A DNA stretch of 64,000 bases from an uncultured Alteromonadaceae bacterium (GCA_964590005.1 CAZPVJ010000013.1:17363-81362); one strand, 5' to 3'; positions 9,397 to 19,879 are shown, counted from the first letter of the stretch. Numbers and translations: made by a program. Notes: generated by a model from the sequence alone, not told the origin.

Positions 9397-10890
9397 ATGA
9401 GCAAGATCAACTTTACCGCCCGCACTATCGAAGACCCTGCCGCCACAGCAACCCAATGTGCCGTGATTCCCGTGTTCGGCAAGGCCAGGCTCTCCGGTGC
9501 GGCGCAAAAGCTGGACCGCGCGGCTGGCGGCATCATTCGCCAGGCACTGGAACTGGAGGATTTCTCAGGGAAAAAGGGTGAAACCCTGTTGCTGCCCGCC
9601 AGCGGCAAAGCCAAGAGGATTCTCCTGGTGGGCTGCGGCGAGAGCAAGGAGGCCGACAAGGCGGTTGCCCTGCAGTTTTGCCAGCGAACGGCCAGGGCCC
9701 TGACCGGCAGCCAGGCCACCGATGCAACGATCTACCTCGGTAATTTCAAGGCCAAGGCGACCAGCAGTGAGTGGTTGCTGGCCTACCTGGCGCGAAATAT
9801 CGTCGCTGCAAGCTACCGTTACACAGAGACACTATCGAAACCTGCGGCGGCCAGTAAACTGCGCAGGGTCGTGGTCGACGCGGGCAATAAAGTCAAAACC
9901 CGGGCCGCATCCGCCGCCCTGCAAGCGGGCAAACACACTGGCGGTGGCGTAAATACCGCCCGTAATCTCGCCAACCTGCCGGGCAATATCTGTACACCAA
10001 ACTATCTGGCCTCGGAGGCCCGCAAGCTCGCCCGGGGGAAGAAAAAACTCAATACCCGAGTACTCGACGAAAAGAAAATGCGGGAGCTGGGAATGGGCTC
10101 ACTGCTGTCCGTGTCTGCAGGAAGCGACGAGCCTGCGCGACTGATAGTAATGGAATACAAGGGAGGCAAGGCTAAAGAGCAACCCTACGTACTGGTCGGC
10201 AAGGGGATTACCTTCGACACCGGCGGTATTTCGCTAAAGCCCGGCGCAAAGATGGATGAAATGAAGTTCGATATGGGCGGCGCCGCCAGTGTCTTTGGCA
10301 CCGTCCAGGCAGTCGTGGATATGGGGCTACCGATCAACCTGGTAGCCATCGTGGCGGCTGCCGAGAACATGCCCAGTGGCGGCGCGACCAAACCCGGTGA
10401 CGTTGTTACCAGCATGTCTGGCAAGACCATCGAAGTATTGAATACCGATGCAGAGGGCCGACTGGTGCTGTGTGACGCACTCACCTACGCTGAACGCTAC
10501 AAGCCGAAGGCGGTCATCGATATCGCCACGCTTACCGGCGCCTGCGTAGTCGCGCTTGGCGCCCACGCCTCGGGCCTTTATGCCAACAAAGATAGCCTGG
10601 CAGACCAGTTGCTATCCGCCGGTATCACCAGTCACGACCGCGCCTGGCGGATGCCGCTGTGGGATGACTACCAAAAACAGCTGAACAGCAATTTCGCCGA
10701 CGTGGCCAACATCGGGGGCCCGGGTGGTGGCAGCATCACAGCTGCCTGCTTCCTTGCGCGGTTCGCTGAAAAGTTTGACTGGGCACACCTGGACATCGCT
10801 GGCTCCGCCTGGGACAGCGCACCCAAGGGTGCCACCGGCAGACCTGTGGCGCTGCTCACGCAGTACCTGCAGGACAGGGCGGGTAAATAA
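9397..10890 (+). CDS. pepA: Leucyl aminopeptidase (M17)
   Basis: M17 signature NTDAEGRLVLCD and metal-ligand region VGKGITFDTGGISLKP. Start probably at MSKINF (9397). Confidence 0.9.
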   Translation: MSKINFTARTIEDPAATATQCAVIPVFGKARLSGAAQKLDRAAGGIIRQALELEDFSGKKGETLLLPASGKAKRILLVGCGESKEADKAVALQFCQRTARALTGSQATDATIYLGNFKAKATSSEWLLAYLARNIVAASYRYTETLSKPAAASKLRRVVVDAGNKVKTRAASAALQAGKHTGGGVNTARNLANLPGNICTPNYLASEARKLARGKKKLNTRVLDEKKMRELGMGSLLSVSAGSDEPARLIVMEYKGGKAKEQPYVLVGKGITFDTGGISLKPGAKMDEMKFDMGGAASVFGTVQAVVDMGLPINLVAIVAAAENMPSGGATKPGDVVTSMSGKTIEVLNTDAEGRLVLCDALTYAERYKPKAVIDIATLTGACVVALGAHASGLYANKDSLADQLLSAGITSHDRAWRMPLWDDYQKQLNSNFADVANIGGPGGGSITAACFLARFAEKFDWAHLDIAGSAWDSAPKGATGRPVALLTQYLQDRAGK

Positions 10891-10894
10891 GCCG

Positions 10895-11314
10895 ATGACG
10901 CGTGTGGGTTTCTATGTGGTCCAGAGCGCGGAACCCGGACAGCGCTTGCAGGTGGCAGCGAGGCTCGTAGATAAAGCTGCGCAGCACGGGCACCGGGTTT
11001 TTATCAACGCGGTGGACGAGGCGCAGGCCAGGCAACTCGACGAATTGCTGTGGAGCTACCGACCGGCCAGTTTTTTGCCCCACGGGCTGGCCGGAACCGA
11101 GCACGCCCAGGACATCGCAATCGGCTGGGGGCAGGAGCCTGGCGACCACAATGACATGCTGATCAACCTGCAGTTGCAGATACCGGAGTTCTTCAGTCGC
11201 TTCAACCGGGTTGCAGAGGTAGTGACCCAGGACCAGCAAAGCCTCGAGGTCCTTAGACAGTCCTGGAAGTTCTATCGGGAACGTGGCTACCAATTGGAAA
11301 AACACGACCTTTGA
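10895..11314 (+). CDS. holC: DNA polymerase III chi subunit
   Basis: About 139 aa starting MTRVGFYVV.... The conserved pepA-holC-valS position supports the call. The track ORF 10724..11314 begins inside pepA in another frame. Confidence 0.85.
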   Translation: MTRVGFYVVQSAEPGQRLQVAARLVDKAAQHGHRVFINAVDEAQARQLDELLWSYRPASFLPHGLAGTEHAQDIAIGWGQEPGDHNDMLINLQLQIPEFFSRFNRVAEVVTQDQQSLEVLRQSWKFYRERGYQLEKHDL

Positions 11315-11373
11315 GGCGTATAATCGCGCCCCTTTAAGCGCAGGACCGGGTGGCAACCCGCTAGCCAACTTTC

Positions 11374-14142
11374 ATGGAAAAAACATTCCAACCCGCCGAT
11401 ATAGAAACCCGCTGGTACGAGGAGTGGGAGCGTCAGGGCTATTTCTCCCCGCAGGGTGGCGACCAGGCCTATAGCATCATGATTCCGCCGCCCAATGTAA
11501 CGGGCAGCCTGCACATGGGCCATGGCTTCCAGGAAGCCATCATGGATGCGCTCATCCGCTATCACCGCATGGCCGGCTACAACACGCTATGGCAGGTTGG
11601 CACCGACCACGCCGGCATAGCGACCCAGATGGTGGTTGAGCGACAACTCGAAGCCCAGGGCACAGACCGCCACGCACTGGGCCGGGAAAAGTTTATCGAC
11701 AAGGTCTGGGAGTGGAAGGAGGAGTCTGGCGGTACCATCACCCGCCAGCTGCGTCGCCTGGGGTCATCGATGGATTGGTCGCGAGAGCGATTTACCATGG
11801 ATCCCGGCCTGAGCGAAGCCGTGCAGGAAGTCTTCATTCGACTTTATCGCGAGGGCCTGCTGTACCGCGGCCAGCGATTGGTCAACTGGGATCCGGCACT
11901 GCATACAGCCATCTCCGACCTGGAAGTTGTATCGGAAGAGGAAAAGGGCCATCTCTGGCATTTTCGCTATCCATTGAGTAATGGTGAGGGCCACCTTACC
12001 GTCGCTACGACCCGTCCGGAAACCATGCTGGGCGACAGCGCAGTCGCGGTGCATCCCGAGGATGAGCGGTATGCGGCGCTGGTCGGTCAAACCGTTGACC
12101 TTCCGCTCACCGGCCGCAAGATACCGATCATTGCCGATGATTACGTAGATCGGGAATTTGGTACCGGCTGCGTCAAGATCACACCGGCACATGATTTCAA
12201 CGACTATGAAATGGGCCAGCGCCACAATCTGCAGTTAATCAATATCCTTAATCATGACGCCGCGATTAATGACAATGCTCCCGAGCCCTACAGAGGCCTG
12301 GACCGGTTCGACGCGCGGAAAAAAGTCATCGCCGACCTTGAAGCACTGGGTCTGCTCGACAAAGTTGAAGACCACACCCTGAAAGTTCCCCGGGGCGATC
12401 GCTCTCACGTGATTATCGAGCCCTACCTCACGCCACAGTGGTACGTAGACGCCAAGACGCTAGCCAAGCCCGCTATTGAAGCGGTGGAGTCGGGGGCGAT
12501 CAATTTTGTACCCAAACAATGGGAAAACACCTACTTTGCCTGGATGCGGGACATTCAGGACTGGTGCATCAGCCGCCAGCTTTGGTGGGGACATCGCATC
12601 CCTGCCTGGTATGACGACGAAGGCAATGTCTACGTTGGCGCTGACGAGGCGAGTGTCCGAGCAGAGCATGGACTGGATCCCGGATTAGCTTTACGCCAGG
12701 ACGAGGATGTACTGGATACGTGGTTCTCCTCTGCGCTATGGACCTTCTCAACACTGGGATGGCCGGAGGAAACGGAAGAGCTCGCAGTCTTCCACCCCAG
12801 CAGCGTGCTGGTCACGGGCTTCGACATCATCTTCTTCTGGGTTGCCCGGATGATCATGATGACTTTGCACTTTCGCAATGAGGTGCCCTTTCACACTGTC
12901 TACGTACATGGGCTCGTGCGAGACGTGGAAGGTCAAAAAATGTCAAAGTCCAAGGGTAACGTTCTGGACCCCATCGATTTGATCGACGGCATAGAGCTGG
13001 AGCCGCTGATTGAAAAGCGCACCGCGGGAATGATGCAGCCGCAGTTGGCCAAACGAATTGAAAAATCCACCCGCAAGCAGTTTCCAGAGGGCATAGAGCC
13101 CTATGGCACTGATGCCCTGCGCTTCACCTACTACTCGCTGGCCTCAACTGGCCGAGACATCAAGTTTGATATCGGGCGCATCGAGGGTTTTCGCAACTTC
13201 TGCAACAAAATCTGGAACGCGGCCCGTTATGTGCTGATGAACTGCGAGGAACAAGACTGCGGCCAGGAAGATAGCGAGCAGGTAGAGCTCAGCCTCGCCG
13301 ACCGCTGGATAATCAGTCGATTACAGGAAACCGAGCAAGCGGTGGGCAGCGCCGTTGCTCAATACCGCTTTGACCTGGCGTCGCAGGCGCTCTACGAATT
13401 CATATGGAACGAATACTGCGACTGGTACCTGGAGTTATCAAAACCGGTGCTGTGGGATGATCACGCCAGTGCCGAGGCCAAGCGCGGAACGCGGCGCACC
13501 CTAATCCGCGTACTGGAAGAATGCCTGCGCCTGCTGCACCCCTTTATGCCCTTCATCACCGAAGAGATCTGGCAGACAGTGGCACCTCTAGCCGCCGTCA
13601 GCGGACCCACCATAATGCTCCAACCCTACCCGGAGCCGGATGAGTCGGTCATAGACAAAATCGCGAACGCGGATATAGAATGGCTAAAGGGAGTTATTGT
13701 CGGTGTTCGTAACATCCGCGGTGAGATGAATATACCGCCCGGCAAAGCACTGTCAGTGCTCCTCAAGAACGGTGACGAGACAGATAAATCCAGATTGGAA
13801 CAAAATGCACCGTTCCTGGTAAAACTGGCCAAGCTGGCTGACATCACGTGGTTGTCCGAAGGTGAGGAAGCCCCGGTAGCAGCAACAGCCCTTGTTGGAA
13901 AGCTTGAAATCCTGGTGCCCATGGCGGGACTTATCGACCAGGACGCAGAGCTGGCACGATTGGCCAAGGAAATTGCGAAGCTGCAGCAGGACCTGTCCCG
14001 CATAGAGGGCAAACTATCTAATGCATCCTTCGTAGACAAGGCGCCGGCAGAGGTCGTCGCCAAGGAGCGCGACAAACTGGACGCGCAGAAAGACGCGTTA
14101 TCCAAACTGCAGGAGCAGGAACAACGCATCCGGCAAATGTGA
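11374..14142 (+). CDS. valS: Valine--tRNA ligase
   Basis: 922 aa. HIGH motif [16 protein letters not shown] motif KMSKSKGN, and a C-terminal coiled coil. Confidence 0.97.
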   Translation: MEKTFQPADIETRWYEEWERQGYFSPQGGDQAYSIMIPPPNVTGSLHMGHGFQEAIMDALIRYHRMAGYNTLWQVGTDHAGIATQMVVERQLEAQGTDRHALGREKFIDKVWEWKEESGGTITRQLRRLGSSMDWSRERFTMDPGLSEAVQEVFIRLYREGLLYRGQRLVNWDPALHTAISDLEVVSEEEKGHLWHFRYPLSNGEGHLTVATTRPETMLGDSAVAVHPEDERYAALVGQTVDLPLTGRKIPIIADDYVDREFGTGCVKITPAHDFNDYEMGQRHNLQLINILNHDAAINDNAPEPYRGLDRFDARKKVIADLEALGLLDKVEDHTLKVPRGDRSHVIIEPYLTPQWYVDAKTLAKPAIEAVESGAINFVPKQWENTYFAWMRDIQDWCISRQLWWGHRIPAWYDDEGNVYVGADEASVRAEHGLDPGLALRQDEDVLDTWFSSALWTFSTLGWPEETEELAVFHPSSVLVTGFDIIFFWVARMIMMTLHFRNEVPFHTVYVHGLVRDVEGQKMSKSKGNVLDPIDLIDGIELEPLIEKRTAGMMQPQLAKRIEKSTRKQFPEGIEPYGTDALRFTYYSLASTGRDIKFDIGRIEGFRNFCNKIWNAARYVLMNCEEQDCGQEDSEQVELSLADRWIISRLQETEQAVGSAVAQYRFDLASQALYEFIWNEYCDWYLELSKPVLWDDHASAEAKRGTRRTLIRVLEECLRLLHPFMPFITEEIWQTVAPLAAVSGPTIMLQPYPEPDESVIDKIANADIEWLKGVIVGVRNIRGEMNIPPGKALSVLLKNGDETDKSRLEQNAPFLVKLAKLADITWLSEGEEAPVAATALVGKLEILVPMAGLIDQDAELARLAKEIAKLQQDLSRIEGKLSNASFVDKAPAEVVAKERDKLDAQKDALSKLQEQEQRIRQM

Positions 14143-14230
14143 AGCGCCCATAACATCGGTTTCCGCCTTCCCGGCGTTGGCACGTCGGGAAGCATAATAA
14201 AAAGCCAAGAGCAAAACCGAGGAAAGTGGT

Positions 14231-14443
14231 ATGAGTGAACGTGTTAGCGGCACGGTGAAGTGGTTCAACAACGCCAAGGGATTTGGCTTTATTACCCGCG
14301 AGGAAAGTGACGACGATGTATTCGTCCACTTTCGGTCTATCGAGGGAGAAGGATACCGAACTCTCAATGAAGGCCAGGCTGTTGAATTCAAGCTGGTCGA
14401 AGGCCCCAAGGGTCTGCAGGCCGAAGAAGTGTCCAAAATCTAA
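14231..14443 (+). CDS. Cold-shock protein, CspA family
   Basis: 70 aa with RNP1 KGFGFI and RNP2 VFVHF. Confidence 0.95.
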   Translation: MSERVSGTVKWFNNAKGFGFITREESDDDVFVHFRSIEGEGYRTLNEGQAVEFKLVEGPKGLQAEEVSKI

Positions 14444-14625
14444 ATACAGCCCCTGGCCTGCCTATACCGCGACGCCAGGAGTGCGCAGACTGTGACCCGT
14501 CCCGCCGATGCCCCCGCATTGGCAGGGCAGAATAATTTTTGTATTGGCCGCCCTATCCGCGTCATCGGTGCTAGAATTGCGCGCCGGCGTCATGGCCAAT
14601 GCCAACAACTTTAACGAGGAATTAC

Positions 14626-15096
14626 ATGACCGTTCTTGGAAAAATCGTCACCAGCCTTCTTGTCGCTGCAGTGGCCTCCAGTATTACCACTTATCTCCAG
14701 GGCGATGCACTGCCCGATATGCTATTAATTGCCGCCTTCACGGTCGCCACCCTGATCACCGCTTTTCTGACCACCATCAGTCGCCCCGTCAACCTCTCTG
14801 CACCGGGCGCAACTGAACGTTCTGATGCAGCGGCAAAGGCTGGCAAGCCCGCATCCAAAGCCAAGCCCAAGAGCAAGCAGCCTGCCGGGAACCGGGAGGA
14901 AGGCCAGGTTAAATGGTTCAACTCCTCCAAGGGATTTGGCTTCATCACCAAAGACGATGGCGAGGAGATCTTCGTTCACTTCCGCTCAATCCTTGGCGAA
15001 GGCCGCCGCGGCCTGCGCGACGGGCAACGGGTCTCTTTCCGGGTCGCCGATAGCGATAAGGGGCCTCAGGCCGAAGAGGTTGAGGGACTGGACTAG
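14626..15096 (+). CDS. Membrane-anchored cold-shock-domain protein (two predicted N-terminal TM helices, a basic linker and a C-terminal CSD)
   Basis: I prefer the ATG at 14626, which is preceded by GAGGA. Hydrophobic stretches VLGKIVTSLLVAAVASSITTYL and MLLIAAFTVATLITAFLTTI are followed by a K/P/A-rich linker, then GQVKWFNSSKGFGFITKDDGEEIFVHF. Confidence 0.75.
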   Translation: MTVLGKIVTSLLVAAVASSITTYLQGDALPDMLLIAAFTVATLITAFLTTISRPVNLSAPGATERSDAAAKAGKPASKAKPKSKQPAGNREEGQVKWFNSSKGFGFITKDDGEEIFVHFRSILGEGRRGLRDGQRVSFRVADSDKGPQAEEVEGLD

Positions 15097-15102
15097 CGCC
15101 AG

Positions 15103-15747
15103 TCAGGGCCCAGCCAGGATATCGCGCCAGTATAAGCCGATCATATGAGCCCCCTGGCGCAGGGTGTTCTCGGGTGACAAGGTAGTGTCCTCCAGGGCCA
15201 TTTCGACCACCGCATAGCCCATATCCACGGTGAGCCTGGCCTGCATCAGCAACACGTCATCTACAGGACGATTTATCAGGTCACCAATCACCTGGGCAAA
15301 TTGCGCAGAAACCAGCCGGTGTGACTCGAGGCGCAACTCCTGGAGAGGCGCAACGGCGCGCAGGGACTGGATTATCTCGGCTCCACCCGTCTGCTGTAAG
15401 GTCACATCGTAAGTGTGCTTAAGCACCTGGTAGACATCGTCCAGCAAGGTCTGGGGGTGAAGATGTTCATCATTCCGCTCGAACCACTGCTGGAAAACCT
15501 CATTCTGGGCGTCCATCAGAACCGCACCCAGGGCGTGTAAAACAGCATACTTGTTGGGAAAATAACGGTACAACGCGGGCACGGTTATCCCCGCGCGCTC
15601 GGCGATAAGATTGGTAGATATGCGCTCTACCCCGACCTCGACGAGCAGTTCGGCGGCAGCATTTAAAATGCTCTCGTAGGTGCGCTTGGCGCGTGCCTGC
15701 CGGGGTTTGTTCTTTTCCAGCAGCTCGACGTGCGGCCTTTCGTTCAT
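15103..15747 (-). CDS. TetR/AcrR family transcriptional regulator
   Basis: The N-terminal HTH reads RTYESILNAAAELLVEVGVERISTNLIAERAGITVPALYRYFPNKYAVL. I prefer the ATG at 15747 (MNERPH...). Confidence 0.85.
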   Translation of the reverse strand: MNERPHVELLEKNKPRQARAKRTYESILNAAAELLVEVGVERISTNLIAERAGITVPALYRYFPNKYAVLHALGAVLMDAQNEVFQQWFERNDEHLHPQTLLDDVYQVLKHTYDVTLQQTGGAEIIQSLRAVAPLQELRLESHRLVSAQFAQVIGDLINRPVDDVLLMQARLTVDMGYAVVEMALEDTTLSPENTLRQGAHMIGLYWRDILAGP

Positions 15748-15760
15748 TTCCCTACCTGCG

Positions 15761-15775
15761 GGCACTTTTTGTGCC
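15761..15775. promoter_or_regulatory. Inverted repeat GGCAC-TTTTT-GTGCC immediately upstream of the tetR start; candidate operator
   Basis: Read directly from the sequence. It lies in the 160-bp divergent tetR/DUF3604 intergenic region. Confidence 0.3.
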
Positions 15776-15855
15776 GTCTTTATGTCTCGGCATCCTACCC
15801 CACCGCCATGGTCGGAGTCACGCCGGAAACTGTGCAAAAAAAAGCTGGCTTGGCG

Positions 15856-15865
15856 ACTGATCAGT
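15856..15865. promoter_or_regulatory. Perfect 10-bp palindrome ACTGATCAGT upstream of the DUF3604 gene; candidate operator
   Basis: Read directly from the sequence, about 43 nt upstream of the ATG at 15908. Confidence 0.25.
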
Positions 15866-15907
15866 GCAGTGCGAAAATGTCCCTACCGTAAGCCAGAGCA
15901 CAGCCCC

Positions 15908-17917
15908 ATGACCCAGCGCTACCGCCACTGCCTCGTGTTCCTGAGCACGCTGATCCTAGGTGCTGGCAGCGCCGTCGCAGAGCTGCCTTTCGAGCGAACA
16001 GAACAACGCGAGCCCTGCCTGCATTACACGGCGCTAAAACAACCCTTGTTTGGCGACCTGCACGTACACACCAGTTATTCTTTCGACAGCTACCTGTCCA
16101 GCCAGCGCAATGATCCCGCTGCGGCCTATCGCTACGCCATGGGCGAGCCGATCGTAATTTCTGATGCCGACGGTCAACAGGCGCTGACCGCCCAGATTCA
16201 GCGTCCTCTGGACTTCACCGCCGTTACCGACCACGCGGAATTTCTCGGGCCCATTAATCTGTGCACGCAGGATGCATCGAAGTTGGCTTATTGGTTTCCA
16301 GCCTGTATCGGCACACGCAGTGACTGGTTTGGCATCCAGTTGCTGGCAGCGGACTACTGGACAAGCCTTGGTGTCGTTGACGACAGCAACCAGAAATCTG
16401 AATCCTTCGCCTGCACTCTCGGTGATTGTGGTGCTGCGCACCGTGAAACCTGGCAGAAGATACAGAGCGCAGCCGAGCAATACTACGACCGCAGTGAAGC
16501 GTGCGCATTTACCACGTTCGTCGGCTACGAATACACCGATGCTCCGAACTATTCCAACCTGCATCGGAACGTGATCTACCGCAACGACCAGGTAACCGAA
16601 ACCGCAATTTCCACGTATGACACCGGCTCGCGTAATTACCCCGATCTTTGGCGACGCCTGCGCGAGGAGTGCGTCGACAGCGACAGCGGCTGCGATGTGC
16701 TGTCGATACCACACAACCCCAACCTTAGTCGCGGCCTGATGTTTCCGGACCCTGCCAATGAACAGCAGGCCAGGGACCGGCTTTTCTTCGAGCCACTGGT
16801 AGAGTTGATTCAGCACAAGGCCGCCAGCGAATGCCGGTATGATCGACTGCTACAGCGCGGCGTCGCAACCGAGGACGAATTGTGCGACTTTGAACAGGCG
16901 CCATCGGATAACCTGGCCATGCTCGGCACGGTGTTCGGTGAGATGCGCTCGGATGTCGGACAACCGGTTTCGATAGAGCAATTCGGTCGACGCAATATGG
17001 TACGCAACGTTCTAAAGGATGGGTTGGCACTTGAGCGCGCTAATGGCATCAATCCATTCAAGTTGGGATTCATTGGCAGCACGGACACCCATAGCGCAAC
17101 ACCCGGCGGTGCCGAGGAGGACAATTACACTGGACACCTGGGCCGTCGCGACGCGGGTTATCGCAACTTACAGGACCACTTCTTCGACAACCCCGGTGGT
17201 CTCGCCGTTGTCTGGGCCGAAGAGAACTCACGGGACTCATTGTTTGAAGCGATGCGCCGGCGCGAGACCTACGCAACCAGTGGTACCCGCCCCACCGTTC
17301 GTTTTTTCGTCGGGGAGTCGTTAAGCAGTGAGGCCTGCCATGATCCTGAGATGGTCGCAGGGGCCTACCGCAGTGCGGTACCCATGGGCGGAGAACTCAC
17401 GGCACCGGCCAACTCTCCCGGGTTTTTGGTGAGCGCGAGCAAGGATAGCGGCAGTGTCGGACACCCGGGTACTGACCTGCAAAGACTTCAAATCATCAAG
17501 GGCTGGCTGGATAAAGAAGGCAATACCCACGAGAGGGTGTTCGATGTCGCGGGATCTGATGACACCGGGGCCTGGGTGGATGAAAACAGCTGTGCAACTA
17601 CCGGTAGCGGATTCGCCAGGCTCTGCACCGTCTGGCGAGACCCGGACTACTCGCCTGACCAGACTGCCTTCTACTATGTCAGGGTGCTCGAGAATCCGAG
17701 CTGCCGCTGGAGCACACGCCAATGTATCGCTGCGGGCGTCAACCCTTTCAGCGAACAGTGCGCCGATCAGGCCGCTGCCATGACGGAGCAGGTGGAGGGC
17801 GCTATCGGTGATGTCTACGGGCGTTGCTGTCTGGACGCTGACAACGAACCGTTTTACTCTCCTGTTATTCAGGAACGGGCGTGGACCTCGCCCATCTGGC
17901 TAAACCCTGAAAGCTAA
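15908..17917 (+). CDS. Secreted DUF3604-like protein (PHP-type metal-dependent phosphoesterase-like N-terminus)
   Basis: The ATG at 15908 gives a signal peptide MTQRYRHCLVFLSTLILGAGSAVA, followed by GDLHVHTSYSFDS (a PHP-like His motif) and many Cys residues in the C-terminal part. The upstream part of the track ORF (15680..) overlaps tetR on the opposite strand. Confidence 0.7.
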   Translation: MTQRYRHCLVFLSTLILGAGSAVAELPFERTEQREPCLHYTALKQPLFGDLHVHTSYSFDSYLSSQRNDPAAAYRYAMGEPIVISDADGQQALTAQIQRPLDFTAVTDHAEFLGPINLCTQDASKLAYWFPACIGTRSDWFGIQLLAADYWTSLGVVDDSNQKSESFACTLGDCGAAHRETWQKIQSAAEQYYDRSEACAFTTFVGYEYTDAPNYSNLHRNVIYRNDQVTETAISTYDTGSRNYPDLWRRLREECVDSDSGCDVLSIPHNPNLSRGLMFPDPANEQQARDRLFFEPLVELIQHKAASECRYDRLLQRGVATEDELCDFEQAPSDNLAMLGTVFGEMRSDVGQPVSIEQFGRRNMVRNVLKDGLALERANGINPFKLGFIGSTDTHSATPGGAEEDNYTGHLGRRDAGYRNLQDHFFDNPGGLAVVWAEENSRDSLFEAMRRRETYATSGTRPTVRFFVGESLSSEACHDPEMVAGAYRSAVPMGGELTAPANSPGFLVSASKDSGSVGHPGTDLQRLQIIKGWLDKEGNTHERVFDVAGSDDTGAWVDENSCATTGSGFARLCTVWRDPDYSPDQTAFYYVRVLENPSCRWSTRQCIAAGVNPFSEQCADQAAAMTEQVEGAIGDVYGRCCLDADNEPFYSPVIQERAWTSPIWLNPES

Positions 17918-17971
17918 GGATTCGAATTGAGTACCAAACCGCGCACGGAACGCAGGTTTCGCAATGTAATC

Positions 17972-18547
17972 ATGCCCACTTCATCGCACCCCGTCATTCG
18001 CCGGGTGCGTCGCCAGGGCAATAAGCCGAACATCCATGGCAATAAGCTGTGGAAGTCGAGCTGCCTGCTCATCGATTACCTGGGCAAACATCCTCCCGCA
18101 CATACCGACTCGGTGATCGACGTGGGCTGTGGCTGGGGGATAGGCGGTATCTGGTGTGCCAAAACATTCGGTTCACAGGTCACCTCCATGGATGCTGACG
18201 AAAACGTTTTTCCTTACCTTGACGCTGTCGCCGAGTTGAACGGTGTACAAACCGAACACCTGGTTAACCGATTCGAGAAGCTGACCACAAGGAAGCTGGC
18301 ACGCTATGACATGCTCATTGCAGCCGATATCTGCTTCTGGGACGAGTTAATGGAGCCGGTGGAGTCGATGATAGACCGCGCAGTCAGGGCCGGTGTAAAA
18401 CATATCCTGATCAGCGACCCGGAGCGCTCACCCTTCCTGGAAATCGCACAACGCTGTCAACAGCGCTACGGGGCAGAGTTGTTCGATTGGCGAACACGCG
18501 GTTCTGTTGAAGCCAGCGGCGCAATCCTGCTGCTGGAAAACGCCTGA
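17972..18547 (+). CDS. Class I SAM-dependent methyltransferase
   Basis: Motif I is VIDVGCGWGIGG, followed by an acidic post-I residue (MDAD) and DMLIAADICF. The start is either the ATG at 17972 or the TTG at 17927. Confidence 0.7.
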   Translation: MPTSSHPVIRRVRRQGNKPNIHGNKLWKSSCLLIDYLGKHPPAHTDSVIDVGCGWGIGGIWCAKTFGSQVTSMDADENVFPYLDAVAELNGVQTEHLVNRFEKLTTRKLARYDMLIAADICFWDELMEPVESMIDRAVRAGVKHILISDPERSPFLEIAQRCQQRYGAELFDWRTRGSVEASGAILLLENA

Positions 18548-18559
18548 CTGGGTAAGCCG

Positions 18560-19879
18560 TCATTCGTAGACCCGATACTGGCGTTTGACGACCCGAGAAT
18601 CGACCGCTTCGCCATCTTCAAAACGCGGCCGGAAACGCGTGTTGCGCAGTGCCCGCCGCAGACGACTCGCATAGGCGGCATCCTCACCACCCGCTTCGTG
18701 ACTTTCCACGTCACGAGCCCGCCCCCGCGCGTTAACCCTGAAGCTGGCCAGCACCAGGCCAGAATCTTCGCTATCGCGCGGGTGAGGGGGCTGCCAGAAG
18801 GCGCCATTATCGGGCAGCTCCACTGGCCGTCCGAACCATTCCCCCAACTGCTCCTCATCGGCATCCCCGGCGAGCAATTCGAATGCACTGCGATAGTGAT
18901 CGAAGGCGCTGTGGCGAATGTCATTCCACTGGTACCAGTCACCAAGCTCCAGGTGCAGGCGAGCACGTTCGCGCACTGCAATTCCCGGCTGTTCATCCAG
19001 CAAACTACTGATGAGGGTACGTCCACGAGAAACCGCCGTTGAACGCAGGGTTTCGAGTCGGGTGCGATTAAAATCCTGGAAGTTACCGCCAGCGTAACCG
19101 GAAACCTGCCGTCCGCCACCCGGTCCATAAAACACATCTGTTGGCGGCTTAATACGGTCCAGCAGCAGATAGAGATTTCGAAGCTGGCTGATGACCAGCT
19201 CTATCTTTACCTGTGGCTCAACCGAGAGATCGCTTTCTACAGCCTCCAGCACCTGGCGATTCAAATCATAAAGATCCAGCAAGCGACGATCGTTACCGGC
19301 GTCCAGCTCACTTCGAAACGCCTCTCGTTGCCAGCGCAGGTATTCCAGCGTCGCCTGCATACGGACATCCGTGTACGGCGGCTGTCCAGAGCCATACAGC
19401 CTGAAGAAATAGTCATAGCGGTCATCCAGAGCGGCCAGGTCACCGGCGTCACGGAAAACCTGCAACAGCTCCCGCACCACCGGCACCTGTCGTTCGCTGT
19501 ACAGTCCGTCATTGATGCGCACCAGGTGGAGCGCCCGCCGATAAGACGCCAGGGATGCATCAAGCTCGCCCTGTCCGCGGTGGTAACGGGCAAGCCCCAG
19601 TAGCGGTTCAGCGAGCCCGTCAGCATAGGGCCCCTGGCTCGACTCGACCGCGTCCAGCTCCACTTCGAAGGCCTTTCGATCCGCGGCCGACAAGCTGCTA
19701 CTGCTCACCTCAACAGGCGGTGGCGCCGCGTCTTGCCAATCCCGGCCAACAGCGACGAACTGCTGACCGTACGCCGTCGGCCCATCGGCCGCGGCCACTC
19801 CGCCCGTCGCGAGGACGAGTAACAGGACGGTGGGGACAAGCTCAGGGCCACGAACACGGGCACCCAGGTTTCTGAACAC
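18560..19879 (-). CDS. Secreted helical-repeat (TPR-like) protein with a TonB-C-terminal-like domain
   Basis: Signal-like N-terminus LVPTVLLLVLATGGVAAA. A helical repeat region contains LARYHRGQGELDASLASYRRAL. The C-terminus LASFRVNARGRARDVE...ALRNTRFRPRFEDGEAV resembles TonB_C, but this family call is weak. Confidence 0.5.
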   Translation of the reverse strand: MFRNLGARVRGPELVPTVLLLVLATGGVAAADGPTAYGQQFVAVGRDWQDAAPPPVEVSSSSLSAADRKAFEVELDAVESSQGPYADGLAEPLLGLARYHRGQGELDASLASYRRALHLVRINDGLYSERQVPVVRELLQVFRDAGDLAALDDRYDYFFRLYGSGQPPYTDVRMQATLEYLRWQREAFRSELDAGNDRRLLDLYDLNRQVLEAVESDLSVEPQVKIELVISQLRNLYLLLDRIKPPTDVFYGPGGGRQVSGYAGGNFQDFNRTRLETLRSTAVSRGRTLISSLLDEQPGIAVRERARLHLELGDWYQWNDIRHSAFDHYRSAFELLAGDADEEQLGEWFGRPVELPDNGAFWQPPHPRDSEDSGLVLASFRVNARGRARDVESHEAGGEDAAYASRLRRALRNTRFRPRFEDGEAVDSRVVKRQYRVYE

